Assembly: GCF_009914755.1 (NCBI RefSeq)
Contig: NC_060929.1
Direction: 5' to 3' (one strand)
From: the human T2T-CHM13v2.0 reference genome, Homo sapiens
DNA: 64,000 nucleotides
The first letter of the stretch is position 1. Each line of letters opens with the position of its first letter. A model generated the notes under the pieces. The model was given only the letters and a program-made list of their open reading frames with translations, was not told where the DNA came from and made no database searches. The translations under genes were made by a program, and so were the position numbers. Below, in pieces: positions 59,930 to 64,000 of this stretch.

Positions 59930-60235
59930 TTAAATAACAATAGCTGATATTTATTGAACACTTACCTGATGCCGTGTACTGCTCTAGGTATTTACAAATA
60001 GTAGCTCATTTAATCCTTACAATAACCTCATAAGGTAGTACTATCAATATCTCCACTTAATTAACCAGGACTGAGGTACTGAGAAGTTAAGTAACTTCAT
60101 TTCCAAAAACTTTGAACAGCGCCTGGCACACAGTGTGTGCTCAATTTGAATTAGTTGAATGAAAAAGTAAACTGAATCAGGGTAGCACAGCTTGGATTCT
60201 AATCTAGTTAGTCTGGCTCCAGACCCACCAGTCTT
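59930..60235. mobile_element. MIR with a short L2 3' fragment
   Basis: ctcatttaatccttacaataacc...actgaggtactgagaagttaagtaac; gcctggcacacagt. Confidence 0.75.
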
Positions 60236-60255
60236 TACTATTAGCTTTACTGTAG

Positions 60256-60649
<394 letters not shown>

Positions 60650-60744
60650 TAGCTTTTTAGGAATAATAGGTATTCAGAAACAAAGTAAGGAAAATAAAAA
60701 TAGAGATCTCAGTTACTCCTTGTATCAGGTAGAAATTTGTTTAC

Positions 60745-61203
60745 AATTGTGTATGACATAACTGGACTACAGTTGGCTTAAACAAACAAGGATTTACATT
60801 AAACCTAACAAGAAGCCTAGAGGTAGGCAGCCCAGGGAAGGTAAGTAATGCACCACCATGCCTTCCTAGCTGCAGGTTGTGCAACTTGTAAACGTCGTTT
60901 TTCATTGCCTTCGAATTGTAAAATGTTTGTCTCTCCTGTGGCATCACCTCTGAATTCCAGGTGGAAATAAGGAGAGGGCAAAGGCTTGCTAGCTGAGTCT
61001 TCCATCTTTATAGAGCGTTCCTGGGAGCTCCACCCGGTGACTTGTGCTTTCATCTCGTTGGTCAGAACTTAGTTACACAGACACTGCTAGCTTCAAGCAA
61101 GGCTGGGAAATGTAGCTTATCAGCTGGGCACATTCAAAATTAGAATTCTGTTGGTAAGGAAGAAGAACGAATATTGACAGACACCCAGCAGTTTCTGCCA
61201 CAT
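60745..61203 (-). mobile_element. Old MLT1 LTR
   Basis: ggcttaaacaaacaaggattta...gcaaggctgggaaatgtag...tctgccaca. Confidence 0.7.
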
Positions 61204-61899
61204 TCCTGTTCTTAGCCGTTTTCTGTTTGTAATGATGAGATCAGAAACATCTGATTTTCTTATTCAGAGTAATATTAAGGTACATTCACACTCTTCAATT
61301 CAATGCCATCCTTTTTGATAGGAACCAGTTTATATGCAAATGTGTGAGCTGAAACATATGATCCCAATAAGAATTATATCTATTGTCTTTTCATCTGAAC
61401 AATCATTGGGAAACACTAAGCTTTTTCTGCTTTGTTCACATTTTACCCAGTGACATTCGTGGCATATGTCTATATTCTACTTACTGAACATGAATTGAAG
61501 ATTGTAAATTTGAAAGAAATAGGAAAGTGGCAAAGAAAATGGGAACAATAAGGGAAGTTTCTCAAGGCTGTATATCCACACTTAATCATTAAATAGCACT
61601 GGTAAGAACTTTACTGCACAATGCTTTGACTATAAAATATGGTTGAAAGAATAAAACAAATGTATAAATGATGTTAAATTAGAAATGTTAATAATTTGTC
61701 TAGTGAGTATTGTGCTACTGGTACAGTCTGCAGCAGCATGCACTAATATTCAGGAGAATGCTGTGTTATTTTCCTCCATGGACATCCCCTGGGGACATAT
61801 GATTTTCTCACTGTAAGGATTTCTGTCTTGAAAGACCCTCTAGCTATTATGGACCTCTAATACAGTAATAATAGTTTATACATCTTTTTTCAAAGTGTG

Positions 61900-62960
61900 G
61901 CTCTCATGGGTGGATCTAGATTTTGTAGTGCCTGAAGATTAGTAAAATGTTTAGTCCATCTTTCAGAAGATAATGCATAATCAGATACAAATGTCATAAT
62001 TTATTTAGAATAAGAGAAGATACCAAAAACTGACAAATACACAAGGGTGACAAAAATCTAGAAAAGTAACATAATTTAATTAATTAACTGTTTGAAATAC
62101 CTCTATAGCACTTTTCTCGCCTATGTTTTTTTGGCTGCATAATTTTTTATCATATTTTTATATGAAAATAAGTTTGTAATATTATTTTCTCTAGAGAGAA
62201 TAGAAAGATTATTTAATATTTCTTCTATTATGGTTGATTAAAATATATTTTATAATAGCTTAGTAAAGATTTGTTCCATTTCATTACTCATTGTTGATAA
62301 TGTCATGTACTATTTAGGATTGTTGCTAAATTTTGGGACATCTGGCAATTTTCTTTTATATATGAACTATAAGATTTTAGGGCATTTCAAATTTTCTTGT
62401 GTAGTAACTAATCTTAAATATTCTTTGAATTGATGACACTCATTTGCCAATTTATCATCAGTTGTCTTCATTGTCCTGGCATATTATGAGTTTTATGTTA
62501 TCTGACAGAAGAGAAATTCCATTTTGACTAGGCATTGATGAGAATCATATCTTTTACTTGTTATTTTCTATGTCTGATGCTGAAAAGATTTTCCACAGAC
62601 GCTTCTGGCTCCTTACCTATCAACCTTCCCCAACACAACCCACAAAATTCCAGTGCCGAACACCATAGAACACATTCACATCTCCAGTGACATCTGCCCT
62701 TGCACCACTGTGTCGTGACACCATTCCCACAATAGAATAGCTATCCATAACTTGCCTATATGGGAAGTGCCTGTGATAAAGGTATCCCACCAACCCAGAT
62801 AAAATATATCCCTTACTCATCTTATACTTAACGGAATCTCCAAATGTCCATAGCTTCTCTAGCACCACACAACATGATGAGAAGTGTGAAGGAGCAGATG
62901 TTGAGATAGAAAGAGACAGCGATATTAACCCAATACAGTTAAAATAACTTACTTTTGTCA
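61900..62960. mobile_element. hAT-Tip100 (Zaphod-like) DNA transposon fossil
   Basis: ggtggatctagattttgtagtgcctgaag terminus-like sequence and AT-rich body; assigned by eye. Confidence 0.5.
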
Positions 62961-63201
62961 ATTTTGCACATTTGCTGAATGAGTAGGTATAAGATGAGCG
63001 GCCCAGGTTGGCTCTCCTGGGAAGTGTACTCTGAGAAAAAATGCAGTGTGTTTATTAGCAAGTGCTCTTGGGGTTCTCAAAGCATGAAATTTCAACAAAT
63101 TTAGTTTAAAGATCGAATTTTCTTGATATACTTGCTTACTAATAAAAATTATGTATATCTATCATCTAAGTAACATTGTTTTGCAATTGGGGAATGGCTA
63201 A

Positions 63202-63685
<484 letters not shown>

Positions 63686-64000
63686 AAACTTATTTCTTTT
63701 ATCTAACTGATAATTGGCTTTTATAAGTTTGCAATTTGTGAGTTGGGCAGCATCTCATCAGAAAATTTGGAAAGAGTGCTCTATTAGGCATGGCTACTTT
63801 TTATAAGGTATCTTGAACAGGAACAAAGAAACGGCATAATACAAAAAGTAGTTTGGTTAACATCAGGTTACTTCGGGTTACTTTTTTGCCTTGTAAGGGT
63901 TAAAGCAAAGGGGATTTCCTTCTCATGCCACTTTGAAAAACTGGCCTATTGGTGATTTGACTATTATCTCTCTCTCTCTCCTGATTTCTCAGAAGGTGAG

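Overview
Primate (almost certainly human) genomic DNA, mostly intergenic and rich in repeats; there are no prokaryotic features. The left end is a CpG-island promoter and a probable non-coding first exon of a minus-strand gene. The promoter has a G2/M layout: a CHR element, two CCAAT boxes 32 bp apart, and GC boxes. From memory the gene is most likely POC5 (5q13.3), partly because a processed SLC25A5/ANT2 pseudogene lies about 35 kb away; this was not verified. The rest is Alu, L1, L2, MIR, MaLR/ERV LTRs and hAT/Tigger DNA-transposon fossils, many with readable target-site duplications (TSDs). Repeat boundaries are approximate and subfamily calls were made by eye. I found no new gene system. 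The most notable observations are: (1) a 76-bp-arm MIR/MIR hairpin whose mismatches are mostly G:U pairs on the + strand, about 2.4 kb from the promoter; (2) a perfect 43-bp palindrome inside an old L1PB, plus other template-switch scars; (3) an L1PA3-like element with intact ORF1, lost sense promoter, retained antisense promoter/ORF0, and a private deletion overlapping the ZNF93 region; (4) young AluYa5 and AluYd insertions.
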